From assembly GCA_964016885.1 (NCBI GenBank), contig CAXHJY010000214.1, positions 1 to 64,000 on the forward strand: a stretch of DNA of 64,000 nucleotides, given 5' to 3'. Under the pieces are notes generated by a model. The model had not been told where the DNA came from, did not search any database, and saw only the letters and a list, made by a program, of their open reading frames with translations. Source of the DNA: Eledone cirrhosa (lineage: Eukaryota). The translations under genes were made by a program, and so were the position numbers. This document shows, in pieces, positions 28,171-40,391 of the stretch (position 1 is the stretch's first letter; every line of letters begins with the position of its first letter).

Positions 28171-29907
28171 TCCTCGCTGACTACCTTAAGGATTCAACAT
28201 CACTACTTCACAGCATCGAATCAGTTGCAAAGGAAATCGGACTCTATGTCAACGCAGGCAAAACAGAATATATTTGCCTGAACCAAGACTCCTCAGTTAG
28301 TATGCGAAGTCTAAACGGCGATAAAATACTAGCTCTTTCAATTGCGGAGAGGGTTCTATAGAAATAGTGGACAGCTTCCGTTACCTGGGTGACAAAATCA
28401 GCAGTGGGGGAGGGTGCTCTGAAAGTACAGTAGCTAGAGTCAGAACTGGATGGAAAAAGTTCAGAGCTTATACCACTATTAGCCGCTAAAGGGTTCTCCC
28501 TAAAAATGAAAGGCAGGCTGTATGATGCCTGCATACGGACAGCAATGTTGCATGGCAGTGAGACCTGGGCATTGTGTGCAGAGGATATACGCAGACTAGA
28601 GAGGAACGAAGCTTGCATGCTCCGCTGGATGTGTAATAGTAATATACGTGAACGGCAAAGCATAAACGAACTAAGGAAAAAATTAGAAATAAGAGGGATC
28701 AGATGTTGTTTACTCGAGAGAAGGCTACGTTGGTATGGTCACGTGATGCGCATGAAGGGCGATAGCTGTATAACAAAGTGCAGGGCAATAAAGATAGACG
28801 GTAGCCACGGAGTAGGCAGACCCAGAAAAACCTGGGACGAGCTGATAAATTCCGACCTCACACACTTACACCTCTCCAAGACAATGTCACTGGACCGAGA
28901 CCTTTGGCGGTACTCAGTAATAGAGAAGACCCGCCTTACCTAAATACAAAGTAAAACCTACTACAGTCAGTAGGCATCTCTAACAAAATACACCCCCGTC
29001 CCACCACCCCCACCCCATCCACACCACCCCTTTCAATGTAAAGTTATGTTGGTGCCACAACATCCAGGCCGAAACAAATGAGATCGTGTAGGTGTCATGA
29101 CAAAAAAACACACAGTCCACGCTGTAATGTGGCCGTGTAGGCAACACGGTAAAAACCTCCCAGCCCCACACTGTAAATGTGGTTGGTGTTAGGAAGGGCA
29201 TCCAGCTGTAGAAAACCCTCCAGACAGTCCTATGCGAGCAATGACAACCACTCTTGCCTCAAGTGGGAAAACTCCCGTCCAAACCCATGCAAGCGTGGAA
29301 CATGGACGTTAAACGATGATGATGATGATGATGATGATGATAATAATCAAGCAAGTTGATGACTTCTAATACCTGGGTAACTATATCGCCTCCACAGAAC
29401 ATGATGTTAACATCAGACTGGGAAAAGCTTGGGGAGCATTGAATGCAATGGAAAAGATATGGAAATCAAACCTGCCGGCCAAACTGAAAAGGAATTTCTT
29501 TAGAGCTGCTGTGGAATCTGTGCTTGTTTATGGCTCTATCACTTGGACACTAACATTGAAACTGGAGAAAAAGCTAGACGGGGCATACACACGTATGCTC
29601 CGTGCTGCTTTAAACGTGTCTTGGAGGGAACACCCAACAAATAAGGATCTCTATGGCAATATACGTGGACAGAGACTCTGATTTGCTGGCCACTGTTGGT
29701 GCAGCAAGGAAGAAATAGCAGGTGGTGTGTTGTTATGGAGTCCATCTCATGGAGCAAGAAACGCTGGTCGTCCCAAGAAGACATACGTCAAGCAGCTTGA
29801 GGACGATACTGGATGCACTGCGGAAGAACTGGCAAACGCTATGAGAGACAGAGATGGATGGAGGAAACGTGTCGTAGAAAGCCGAGCAAGCTCGACCTGA
29901 TAATGAG
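28171..29907 (+). mobile_element. 5'-truncated RTE-group LINE (host) interrupted by a second RTE
   Basis: IGLYVNAGKTEY...SLNGDKI resumes after the insert as IKQVDDF*YLG...; ORF 29439..29681 ([12 protein letters not shown]). Candidate TSD TAGTTTAA at 28163-28170 and 29908-29915. Confidence 0.85.
28328..29344 (+). mobile_element. RTE LINE 3' fragment nested in the host LINE
   Basis: VDSFRYLGD; ORF 28506..28943 (MLHGSETW, RRLRWYGHVMRM, GRPRKTW); 3' UTR with (GAT)n tail. Confidence 0.92.
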
Positions 29908-30159
29908 TAGTTTAAGATTAAGGTTTACAGACCCTCTGTGTAAGGTATAATAAGCTTCCATCAGGAGGTGTTATCAGTCTCTTGAGTTAAATATCCCCTA
30001 AAATACACACATTATTCATGTCCAAGAATATATTTCCACCACAATTAAAGATATTATGCCATAAAATGTAACACCTTAGAAATCACTAAATGTTAATCAT
30101 AAAGCCTTATACATATTCATTGGAGGAGGAATAAATATTATGGAAATAATGTGCTTTAC

Positions 30160-30242
30160 CTCTAAAATAAACTGGAGCAAAGCATTATTACTGTTTAAAA
30201 CAAATAGCTGAGACTTCTTTGAAAACAGTCCATAGGCAGCAT
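30160..30242 (-). CDS. COG3: COG3 exon ([Y/D]AAYGLFSKKSQLFVLNSNNALLQFILE)
   Basis: tctttcag|...|gtaaag; LNSNNAL motif; phase 1-0. Confidence 0.94.
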
Positions 30243-30539
30243 CTGAAAGACAAAATAATATGTGCAATCTAATTTAAACAGCTCTTTGTAAACATACATC
30301 AGAAAGATTTCAAAAATACAAGCAAACATATACCATCTTGACTTAATATCAATGAGTCTAGCACTTCTTGTCATTTAAAGTGTGCTACAGTTAACATAGT
30401 AATGAATGCATTACATGAAAATAATATTCAAATTCAACATAAAAGAACTTTGGGTATTAAAAGAAAAACTAAAAGAACCAGTAACCAAAGATTGCAAGTT
30501 CAGTTTTTGTTAGCATCATTATCAGTGATATACTCTTTT

Positions 30540-30900
30540 CTCCAGATATAGATAACACAGAGAATTCTATATAATGAAGCGAGCATCGTCTACTCTAGAT
30601 GTAATGTTAGTCTGCATGAATGATAGAACACAACTCAGCTGAAAGAAAAACTGGATATAAGAGGAATCAGTTGTGTGCAAAAGAGAAGACTGCATTGTCA
30701 GTCATGTGATTTGTATGAAGAATGACAGTTAGACAAAGAAGTGACAGGTTATCTAAGTAGAAAAACCTGTGAAATAGAAAGACTGAGGAAAACATAGAAA
30801 GAATTAGTGAGGGTTATTCTTAGAATGTTGAGCCACAAAAAAGGATATGGCAAGGGATCACAACAAGTGTTATAGCACTGTGTTGGAGAAGGCCCATTTT
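30540..30900 (+). mobile_element. Degraded RTE 3' fragment
   Basis: Diverged similarity to the NEAxML...IRGIxC..KRRL segment of the 28.5-kb copy. Confidence 0.6.
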
Positions 30901-31234
30901 ACTTGTCCAAGATAAGAAACAGACAAAATGATAAAGATGATAACTAAAGTGATAACGTATAGATAATATACAACTGGTAAAAATAATACAAAGTATAATA
31001 AAGCATAAGAGCATGTGAACAGAGCTCATAAATCTTATTCCTATTGGTTCATTTATTTATAGTTATTGAAATTGAATTCCCTACATATAGTAAAGTGTAT
31101 CTATAGAGCTAAAATTATAAACTTATATGATATTAAATCATCTAAAAACAACATGATCTGCAATAACAGAGAAAGAGAGTATGTGTTGCTGTGTGTGTAT
31201 TATACATTATAGTTATTGTAATAACCAAATATAC

Positions 31235-31585
31235 ACCCAATCCACTACCCCTACCCTTTTCCTCCCAGTAACACCACCCTCGCTCTGTAAAGTTGGTACC
31301 ACAAATCCAGTCCACATAAATGAGATAATGAGATTGTGTAGGTGTCATGACAAAAAACACACAGTCCACGTTGTAATGTGGCCGTGTAGGTAACACTGTA
31401 AAAAGTTCCAGTTCCACACTGTAAATGTGGTTGGTGTTAGGAAGGGCATCCAGCCGTAGAAAACCTGCCAGATAGTCCTATATGAGCGAGACACGGTCAC
31501 CCGACCAACCTTGCCTCAAGTGGGACAACTCCCGTCTAACCCATGCTAGTGTGGAAGATGGACGTTAAACGAAGATGATGATGAT
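31235..31585 (+). mobile_element. RTE 3' UTR copy
   Basis: Similar to 29000-29340; ends GGACGTTAAACGAAGATGATGATGAT. Confidence 0.85.
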
Positions 31586-31607
31586 ATATATATATATATA
31601 TATATAT

Positions 31608-32372
31608 ATCATCATCATCATCATCATCAACGTTTAACGTCCGTGTTCCACGCTTGCATGGGTTTGGACGGGGGTAGTCCCACTTGAAGCAAGAGTGATT
31701 GTCTTGCTCGCATAGGACTGTCTGGCAGGTTTTCTACAGTTGGATGCCCTTCCTAACACCAACCACATTTACAGTGTGGGTCTGGGAGGTTTTTACCGTG
31801 TTGCCTACACGGCCACATTACAGCGTGGACTGTGTGTTTTTTTGTCGTGACACCTACACGATCTCATTTGTTTCGGCCTGGATGGCGCGGCACCAACATA
31901 ACTTTACATAGAACGGGGTGGTGTGGAGGTGGTGGGACGGGGTGTATTTTGTTAGAGATGCCTACTGGCTGGAGTAGGTTTTACTATATATTTAGGTAAG
32001 GCGGGTCTTCTCTGTTACTGAGTACCGCCAAAGGTCTCGGTCCAGTGACATTGTCTTGGAGAGGTGTAAGTGTGTGATGTCGGAGTTTATCAGCTCGTCC
32101 CAGGTTTTTCTAGGTCTGCCTATTCCGTGACTACCGTCTATCTTTATTGCCCTGCACTTTGTTATACAGCTATCGACTTTCATGCGCATCACGTGTCCAT
32201 ACCAACGTAGCCTTCTCTCGAGTAAACAACATCTGATCCCTCTTATCTCTAATTTTTTCCTTAGTTCGTTTATGCTTTGCCGTTCACGTATATTACTGTT
32301 ACACATCCAGCGGAGCATGCAAGCTTCGTTCCTCTCTAGTCTGCGTATATCCTCTGCACACAATGCCCAGGT
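31608..32372 (-). mobile_element. RTE LINE 3' fragment, near-identical to 28560-29340 but inverted
   Basis: ORF 31992..32363 differs from the corresponding part of ORF 28506..28943 at only about 4 residues; (GAT)n tail at about 31610. Confidence 0.93.
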
Positions 32373-32373
32373 C

Positions 32374-35300
32374 TATAATGAAATTATTGTGTAGTGCTCT
32401 AGGGCACTACAACTCATCAAAGGTGCATGTATGGTACATAGAATAATATACAAATGTCAGGGAAGTGAATAGTGTATGAGTCATGATATACGTGTGTGCA
32501 TGTGTATGGAGGGGGAATATTAGGTGTAGTGTTGGCGAATCCCAGAAAGCATTGAGGTTTTAAAGGATGCAGTGTTTCAACAGCTAACAACTGATGCAGG
32601 TAGTTTGTTCCATGCTTCAGCAACTCTAAGTGTGAAAAAATGTTTCCAAAAGTCATAGGAGCTGTGCTGTTTTCTGACTTTGTTGGCATGCCCACGTGTG
32701 TTAGACACATGGAAATCAAAAAGGTACTCAGGGTTGTTGTTGGCAAGATGGTTAACAAGTCAGTTGCCAGGTGTCGGAGCTTCAATGTATCTATGCCCAG
32801 GGAAGCAAGGTGTTCAGAGTATGGTAGATGCCTGATGGAGGGTATTTGCTTGGTTGCACGTCTCTGAACAGTTTCCAGGCGGTCAATGTTCTGAGCAAGA
32901 TAGGGGTTTCAGACAGGTGATGTAAATTCTAAGTGTGGCTGCACCATAGCTATATACAACTTTAAATAGATATCTGGAAAGTGGCTGCCAAAGATCTTGC
33001 TGAGTGATGCTAAAACACCCTTGGCCCTCTTGACAATTTTAGAGACGTGCTTCGCCCAACGCAAATTGCTGCTGACAGTAATGCCCAGGTCATGTTCACA
33101 AGAAGACTTCTTGATATTAGTGTTGTAGAGGGAGTATGTGGGCGTTGGGTTTTTCCTCCCAAAATGCATGGTGGTACACTTGTCCACTGCCAGTCCATGA
33201 TCCATTGTTGCATTGTGTCCAGGTCAGATTGCAGGCAAAATCTAGTGTTCAGGATCCGTCCTTTTTATCTCAAGGTACAGCTTGATGTCATATGCATATT
33301 TCAGTAGTTGCATTCTTTAAGTGGCATCTATGTCATTAATATATGCCACAAACAAAAGAGGGCCCAGAACAGATCCCTGTGGTACACCATATGACATCTC
33401 ATACAGTGAAGAATGCTGTCCAAGAACCGTAACTACCTTTCTTTGACTGAAAATGAAGGACTTCAACCAGTTGAAAAGATCATCCTTCACAACCATTCCA
33501 GAGAGTTTTGCCATAAGTCTTTTGTATGGCACAGAATTGAAAGCTTTAGCAAAGTCAAGGTAAACAATATCCACCCATGAGCGACCATCAGTGATCCGGG
33601 TGATGTCTTCAAGAAACTCAATAAAATGATCACAGCAGCTGGAGTTAGGGATAAATCCAAATTGCGAGGGCCGGATAAGACTGTGAGAGTTACAGAAGTT
33701 CCAAAGTGATTCTCTGACACGGGATTCCATTAGTTTGGCAATGCAGCTAGTAAGACTGACTGGACGATTTGACAGGTGATGTGCGGTCACCCTTTTTGAA
33801 TAGAGGAATGACACTGGCAGTTTTCCATAGTTCTAATAGAATCCAATTTCAGAGGTGGTGGAGATGGTACACTCTGGACTTCAACAGTGAAAATGCCTGC
33901 ATAGCCTTCAGCAATGAGTTCTGTGCATTCTTTGAGGTCGTCAGTAATCTGGCTTGTGTGGGGATTCCGAAGTGGACAAACTGGAGAGTGAGGCCTCTGC
34001 TTTGAGTGAACACACTTCCAGAACACCTTACTGTCAGGGTTGGTTGCTATGCGCTGCTCATATTCAAGCACTGCCTTTTTTGTCACCCGTTTGAGATGGT
34101 TGGATGATTTATTTCGCTTTTTCCTATTGCTATCTGATTTTATGCAGTTTGTACTCACGTTCAGCATTACAACGTTCTTTCCTGTCAAGATAGACTACTG
34201 CAGTCTCCCAAATTGCACTTTTGGGATGCTTTTTCTGCTTACGTGGCATCAATGCTGCACATGCTGTCCATATTGAGTTCAGGATGTTGTGGAGTACAGA
34301 GTTGACATCTCCAGAGTCGTAAAACTCAAGCCAGTTTGGACGTTGCAGCTTGGTGCAGTAACAGTTCCAGTCTGCTTTATTCCAGTCAAAGTGAGCAGTT
34401 TGGAGATGGTTGTGCTTTTTGTTACTGCCCATGAGGGACAGATTGGCAATGATCATAGCATGATCAGAGTCAGCTAAAGGTTACTCAGTAGTAACACTAA
34501 TAACCATTTCAGGAGTAGTGGTGAAGAGTAGATCCAAAGTGTTGTCACCTCTTGTTGGGGAGGTGACTGCTTGGGACCAGTTCGAGTCCAGCTCAAGGAA
34601 ATCATTTGCACTTTGCAGCCAACGAAAGGTTTCCCAGTCAATCTCAGGGTGATTGAAGTCCCCCTGCAATAAAAACATAAATGGCTGTTTTCCTGGCAGC
34701 AGCTCTGAGGATATCACAAAGTTGAGTGTCCTGATGGTAATTCAGGGGACAGTAAACGACTCCAAGTAGCAGTGTTGACATGGTCATACGTACATCGCAC
34801 AAAAATACTTCTTGCTGCAATTGATTCAAATCAACACAACGAATTGCTGAAAAATTTGACCGAACGTAGACCATTACACCACCGCCCCCACGATTAATGC
34901 GGTCTTTACGAAACAAGTTGTAGCCAGTTATGCTGAAAACCCCATCACAGAGTAAGGAATGTGCCCATGTTTCCGTGTCTGTAATGAAATCAGGGTTGAT
35001 ACTTTTGACGTAGGAGTTAAAAAGATGTATCGTATTGCATAGACTACGTGCATTTAAGAACAACAATTTGTACCTTGATTCCAGTCTATGATTATGTGCA
35101 GGGGATGGCAGGTTGTTCTGATATAGTTTCCCAGAGTTTTTTCAGTTTTTTTATTGTCAGTTGTTGTGGGTACAGTGTTTTCAGACCAGTTGGTATCTCT
35201 TTTCTATGTTTCACCAGCCTTAACAAACTTCCATATCTGCCCATCATCACGTAGGCTGAAGCTTTTATGTTCTGCCGAGTTGCGATTTAAGGAAGCTGCA

Positions 35301-36760
35301 GTACGCAGCTTTGGGCGGACATCAGGTGGAAGACCAGGGCGTGTTCGGAAAGCAATCCGTCTTTCACGCCTAGCTTTATCAGAGGCCAAAAGATATGAAC
35401 ATGCCTCAGTTGAGTTCAAAAAAGACAGTCTAATTAGCCTGGGTTTTGGACCTGTTTGGCCAAGGCGTAGAGCACCTTTCGAGGGAGCACAGCCCAAGTC
35501 TTTGGATGAACTGACAGCAAATGTCTGAAGATCAACTATGTCTTCTGGTACACCAATGGCAATCACTTCATGGTTTACAGATTCAGTGGCATTCTCAATG
35601 CGTCTAGATTCAGCAAGAGGTACGTGGAGATTTTTTAACAAGGCACTCCGGTAAGATCCCTCATTGTGAAGTTCTACACAAACGCTTGATTTGATTCCTG
35701 CTATTTCTCGGCTTAAAGCAGAAATCATTTGCCGTATTTCCTCAAACTCTGTATTGATGGTCGATTTTTGTTGTTCTTCTTCTTCTTCAACAGGAATGGT
35801 AGGAGAAGACACAGTCGTCGGTTGTTGTTGTTGAAAAGTAACGGGGGAGGAAGACATGGGTTGCTGTTGTTGATGAAGTCCTTCAACAGGAGTAATAGCG
35901 GAAGTTACAGTTGTTGGTTTTTGCTGTTGTTCAGGAACAATGGTAGAGGAAGACACAATCGTCGGTTTTTGTTGTTGTTCAGCAGCAATGGTAGAGGCAG
36001 ACATATAAGCCAGGCACTGAAAGGACCAATTTGTTAGCTGAACCATTTCCCAGAGCCCATCCATCATAGAAGTATGGTGTCTCTTTTTCTGACCTGGGAT
36101 CTTTCGAAAGTGTGTGGCACATTGAAGGCAAACAGAAACACGACATTTGCCACATTTGACCCATCGATTTCGGAAGGAGTTCTCTGGTTCCGTACATAGA
36201 TGACAGACGTGATTTTCTGGGCAATGTTCTATTTTGGAACATCGCCCAGTTTTATTGCACGTTTCATCCATGGATGTCACAATAACTATTTTGTCCTGTC
36301 TGTCCATCCGTACAGTAGAACAAAATGTAAATGCAAACGAATAAATATGCTGCGTAAGTTCAGCACATTTGTTAACGAGATAAATACAATGTTTGTTTAT
36401 GTTTTGTTTTTGTATTTCTGTTTCTGTTTTCGTATGTATTGTGCGTGTGTATGCAAAAAGATCTGCACACAAATATATAATTATATCTATATAATTAAAA
36501 GGTGTATGTGGGTTAGAAGCGAAGTCAATGTTCAGAATGGTTTTATAATGTACGTAAAATTGGCCGGTATTTTGTCTCACACGAAATAGTGTGGTTTCTT
36601 TTCACTTGTGTGTATATGCGTGTGTGGCATGTATCTATATATAAATCTGTGTGTATATTGTTGTTTATAGATTTTGTGAAGTACTTACTGTGATCCCTAA
36701 GGGATGTAGTGATTTTTTTTTTTTTGTTCATGTCCACACGTGGTTTGTTGTCGAAAATCA
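32374..36760 (-). mobile_element. Near full-length CR1/L2-group LINE with open ORF1 and fragmented ORF2
   Basis: ORF1 35204..36580 (probable start 36307; PHD-like Cys motif, Q-rich repeats, coiled coil, IGVPE..RLG..PRLIRL). ORF2 pieces: LNARSL, TETW, GGGV, GDFNHP, RPVSLTS, YLDFAKAF, GVPQGSVLGPLLF. The 5' boundary is approximate. Confidence 0.9.
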
Positions 36761-39284
36761 AATATACTTTGTTAAAGTAATTTTATGTTGAAGCTGGTAC
36801 TAATAGTCAGGGAACAGTCAAAGTATTTGTAATAATAAATATTGTAATCCATCTAACATGTGTTAAAAGAGCAGTTTTTGGTGATAATAATATATTTAGT
36901 TTGGGAAGACGGGGTCAAACGTCCTTATAAAATACTTTTCTATATTATAAACTTATTATCTGTACTAAAATGATAATATTTGCCTCATCAGAGAAAATAA
37001 AAAATGATCTTCATTACAACATGAAATATTAAGGTATAGAAGAAATTATTAAGTACGAAATTATATTAAAGATTACAAGAGTAATAGTGAAACATAGTAT
37101 ACTACATTTATAATTCCTCTAAAAAGTCAAAATCTTTCTTGAGCTTGAAAGTTGTCAGGCTGGAGTTTCATGTAACATTAAGTGACTGAGAGTACAAGTC
37201 TCCTCTCAGAACAGGATGCCAGTCAGTTGCAAAGTTAACTCCTAGCTGTTGTTGGCATTCATTTGTTTCAACTGGAGAGAGGGTAGAAGTGATGTGAAAT
37301 CAAGTGCCTTGCTCAAGGACACAATGTGCTCCACACACCTTCACAATTTATATACAGTAGTAAATCAGTACTCAAATAATAATATAATTTAAATAAGTAT
37401 CTAATATGAGTTTAATACATATGCTTTTTCCCTGAATAAATTGATTTGGAACACAAAAAAGAAATAAATTCACCATACAAATTTTCAGTTTACATTTGAA
37501 GTTTAAATATTGCAACCAACCACCACTTTGGACAGAAATAAAGAAAGACATTAAAAATAAATGAATGTTTAAAATATAAAAAGCAAACTAACCATAAACC
37601 AAAATGCTTAGAAGTCATAGAATAAACTGTGTTTTAATATATAAGAAACACTTCAAAAAGAAATACAGAAAAAGTTATAAGTTTTAGAAAGTAAACAGAA
37701 AAAAAAATATATGAGATATATCCATCCCATGATGTGAATATCACTAAAATGTTGAAATTCTATTAGAGTCATAACCAAAAAAGTGTGAAAAAGAAATATT
37801 CATAGAGATAAAAGGAAGTAACACTTGTTAGAAGTCCAAAGGAGAGCACTTCTGAAGAGGAATGACTGGAAAATGTTGCTTTTAGTATAGCATATTTAGA
37901 GGTAATATATTGTAGGGATGATGAAAAGAAAAGAGACAAGTGTATTAGATGGAAGACATCTGTAGCTTGCTAATTTCGATGGGTCAGAGTCTACAGTAGC
38001 ATGTTGAAAGTGAACCTCTGCTAATCATCAAAATGGCTATGATTTGAATGTAATTTATCATGTTTGTATGTACCAGGATATGTTCATAGTCCTTTAACCT
38101 CTTCAATGCCAGAGACAAGATAACTCGTCCTAGCATGTTTGAACTGCTTTCCAACAGTTCATAACTTCAAAGTTATGAACTCATTTCCAACAGTTCGTAA
38201 GTTCAAAGCTAGATGGGGTTACTAGTTTATTGATATGACGTTTGTCAATCAAAATAGTCATTTTACTGGAAAAAAAACCTGGCACAGTAACTGTAGCTGC
38301 GTAAAATATACGCGACAGTCAACAATTTAATATGAGTTTTTGCTTGAGCTTTATTGATAGCCAACAACTTATCTGGCTGAAGTATTTTAAGGTCCAGGAA
38401 TACAGTTTTGGCAGTATCACATATGATGTGAATTTGTCATGAAAGATAATCAAAGACTATTTCCTTGATATCTGCAATTATTGTGTGTATTACTAGAAAC
38501 AATATGAAGAACATCAATGTAAAAAAGGAAGAGTGTCGGAGGCAACCATATGTTAAGGCATCCTAATATTAACAGTGCATGTCTGAAAAAGTCATGTCAG
38601 TGTATGGAGTGGTTTGAGAAGAAACTTTTGAATCAAGAGATGAGAGACTGATACAGACCACAGGTGGGCAATTTAGTTAATAGGTTCTCATACCAGAAAA
38701 ACTTTTCTGATGACAAAGGCAAGGGCAGACCAAAATTATCAAGGGCAAAAAACCATTTGTGTGTGATGTAGAACAAATTTATTGGATGTGCATTGTCAGC
38801 TTGCATGAGAGGCTGTGCACAAGTGAATGAAGAGAATAGACAGTCATTGAAGGCATTAGCCAGAGTGTGTAGGAAAGATAACTGCACCACTACAGATATG
38901 TGATGTGAATGGACAATGGTCAATTGAATTAAGCCCTATAATACTATATGTATCCCCAATCACAAAGAGGATGAAAGGTGACCAAATAACTATTTCTACT
39001 TAAATAATTATTGTTTCTACTTAAGGTGACCAAATAACATGAGGTAATTCTGTCTGGTGAATTCCTGCTACTTACTTGTCTATAAATAATATATTGATTT
39101 CTTATGCATAAGACCAAACATTTATCAATAAAGTACCAGTCTAGGAGTGATACAGAGGTGGAATTGTAAAAGATATATGATCCAACTCTGCCAGGAATTG
39201 TAATAAAAAAAGAGAGTATCGGCAACTGAAAGACCAATGAAAACATAGCATCATGGAATTCAGCCTCCCCATAGTTAACGTGTA

Positions 39285-39865
39285 TCACCTCAGACTTGGA
39301 TGGGTTGATCTCGAGTCTGAGGAGCTAGGATGATTTGCAGAAGGTCTTCAACTACTGTCTCAGATGAGCCACTCAGGGTCACATCATCCAGGTACCAAAT
39401 GTTGAAGGGCGACCAGACCGAGCGGGCAACATCATTGACTGCCAGCGCAAAGAGGAGCCAACCGAGTGAGTCTCCTTGCTGAACTCCCATAGCAGAAGTA
39501 ACCTGGTTATCAGCAACCATGAGTAAGCTCGGTCTTCTGTGCGAGAGGGTAAGCAGAAGGGGTTTGTCTGAGACACATCTCTAGGACATGATCTCGCCTA
39601 ACGCTGTTGAAGGTGTTTCTCATGTCCAGCTTCACAAGGAAGTGGGGTGACTTCGCACCAGTCGCCGTCAAGGCCTTAGGTGTCCTCAGACCATACTGCC
39701 AAGCTCCTTCGCAAGATTGGAGCATCAGCAGCCTGTCTGAGGAAAGAGCCCCACAAGGTGGTGTGGCTGTTACAGTGGGTGTCACTGGCCATTGTCTGCG
39801 GAAATGCCTTTACAGTTTTGTATGTGGGGCTAGTCCAAACACAGCCACGCTCTAAGCCCATCACC
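39285..39865 (-). mobile_element. CRE/R2-group (RLE-type) non-LTR retrotransposon RT fragment
   Basis: KLDMRNTFNSVRRDH, GVQQGDSLGWLLFAL and FNIWYLDD in broken frames. Confidence 0.75.
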
Positions 39866-40200
39866 CATCACCCTTCCCCCTCCTTTTCTTCTGTGGCCCT
39901 AGAGGCCTTGCATTTTCCGTTCTTTATGGCATTTATAGTCCTCTCCTCTACTTTCCCACATAACCAGATCTACCCTTCTTTACTCCTTCCCCCTTTTCTC
40001 ATTACTTAATTTTGCTTTTTTCTTTCTTTTTCATATTTATGTAATTATCAATGCTTTCTAAGCCAACTTAATGAATAAAAATCTAAACAGTTATATACAT
40101 GTTTCCTTGTTCTAATCTGATGATCAGGTACTTTCTGTTTTCTAATTTGATTTCTGACAATTTCAATAAGCAAAACTCTCAAGTTTTATATTATTTATGT

Positions 40201-40391
40201 TTAACCCTTTAGAATTTACATAACTCTATATTTATTATTATATTTTCATGGTGAAGGCTTTACCTCTCATAATTATCTCACATTATATCGAATCTATGAA
40301 ATTTTGATATTATTTATTCTGAGAACAATACCTTGACATAAATATGAGCAGCCGGTTACAGCCAGTTTGAACAGAAATGCTAAAGGGTTAA
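40201..40391. mobile_element. piggyBac-type MITE, copy 3 (internal deletion)
   Basis: TTAACCCTTTAG...ATGCTAAAGGGTTAA. Confidence 0.85.

Noticed and set aside
38095-38930. Possible piggyBac/Tc1-like remnants (TTAACC start, short internal tandem duplication, GRPK-like peptide)
   Set aside because: No matching second terminus or TSD found, and the sequence is too degenerate to classify.
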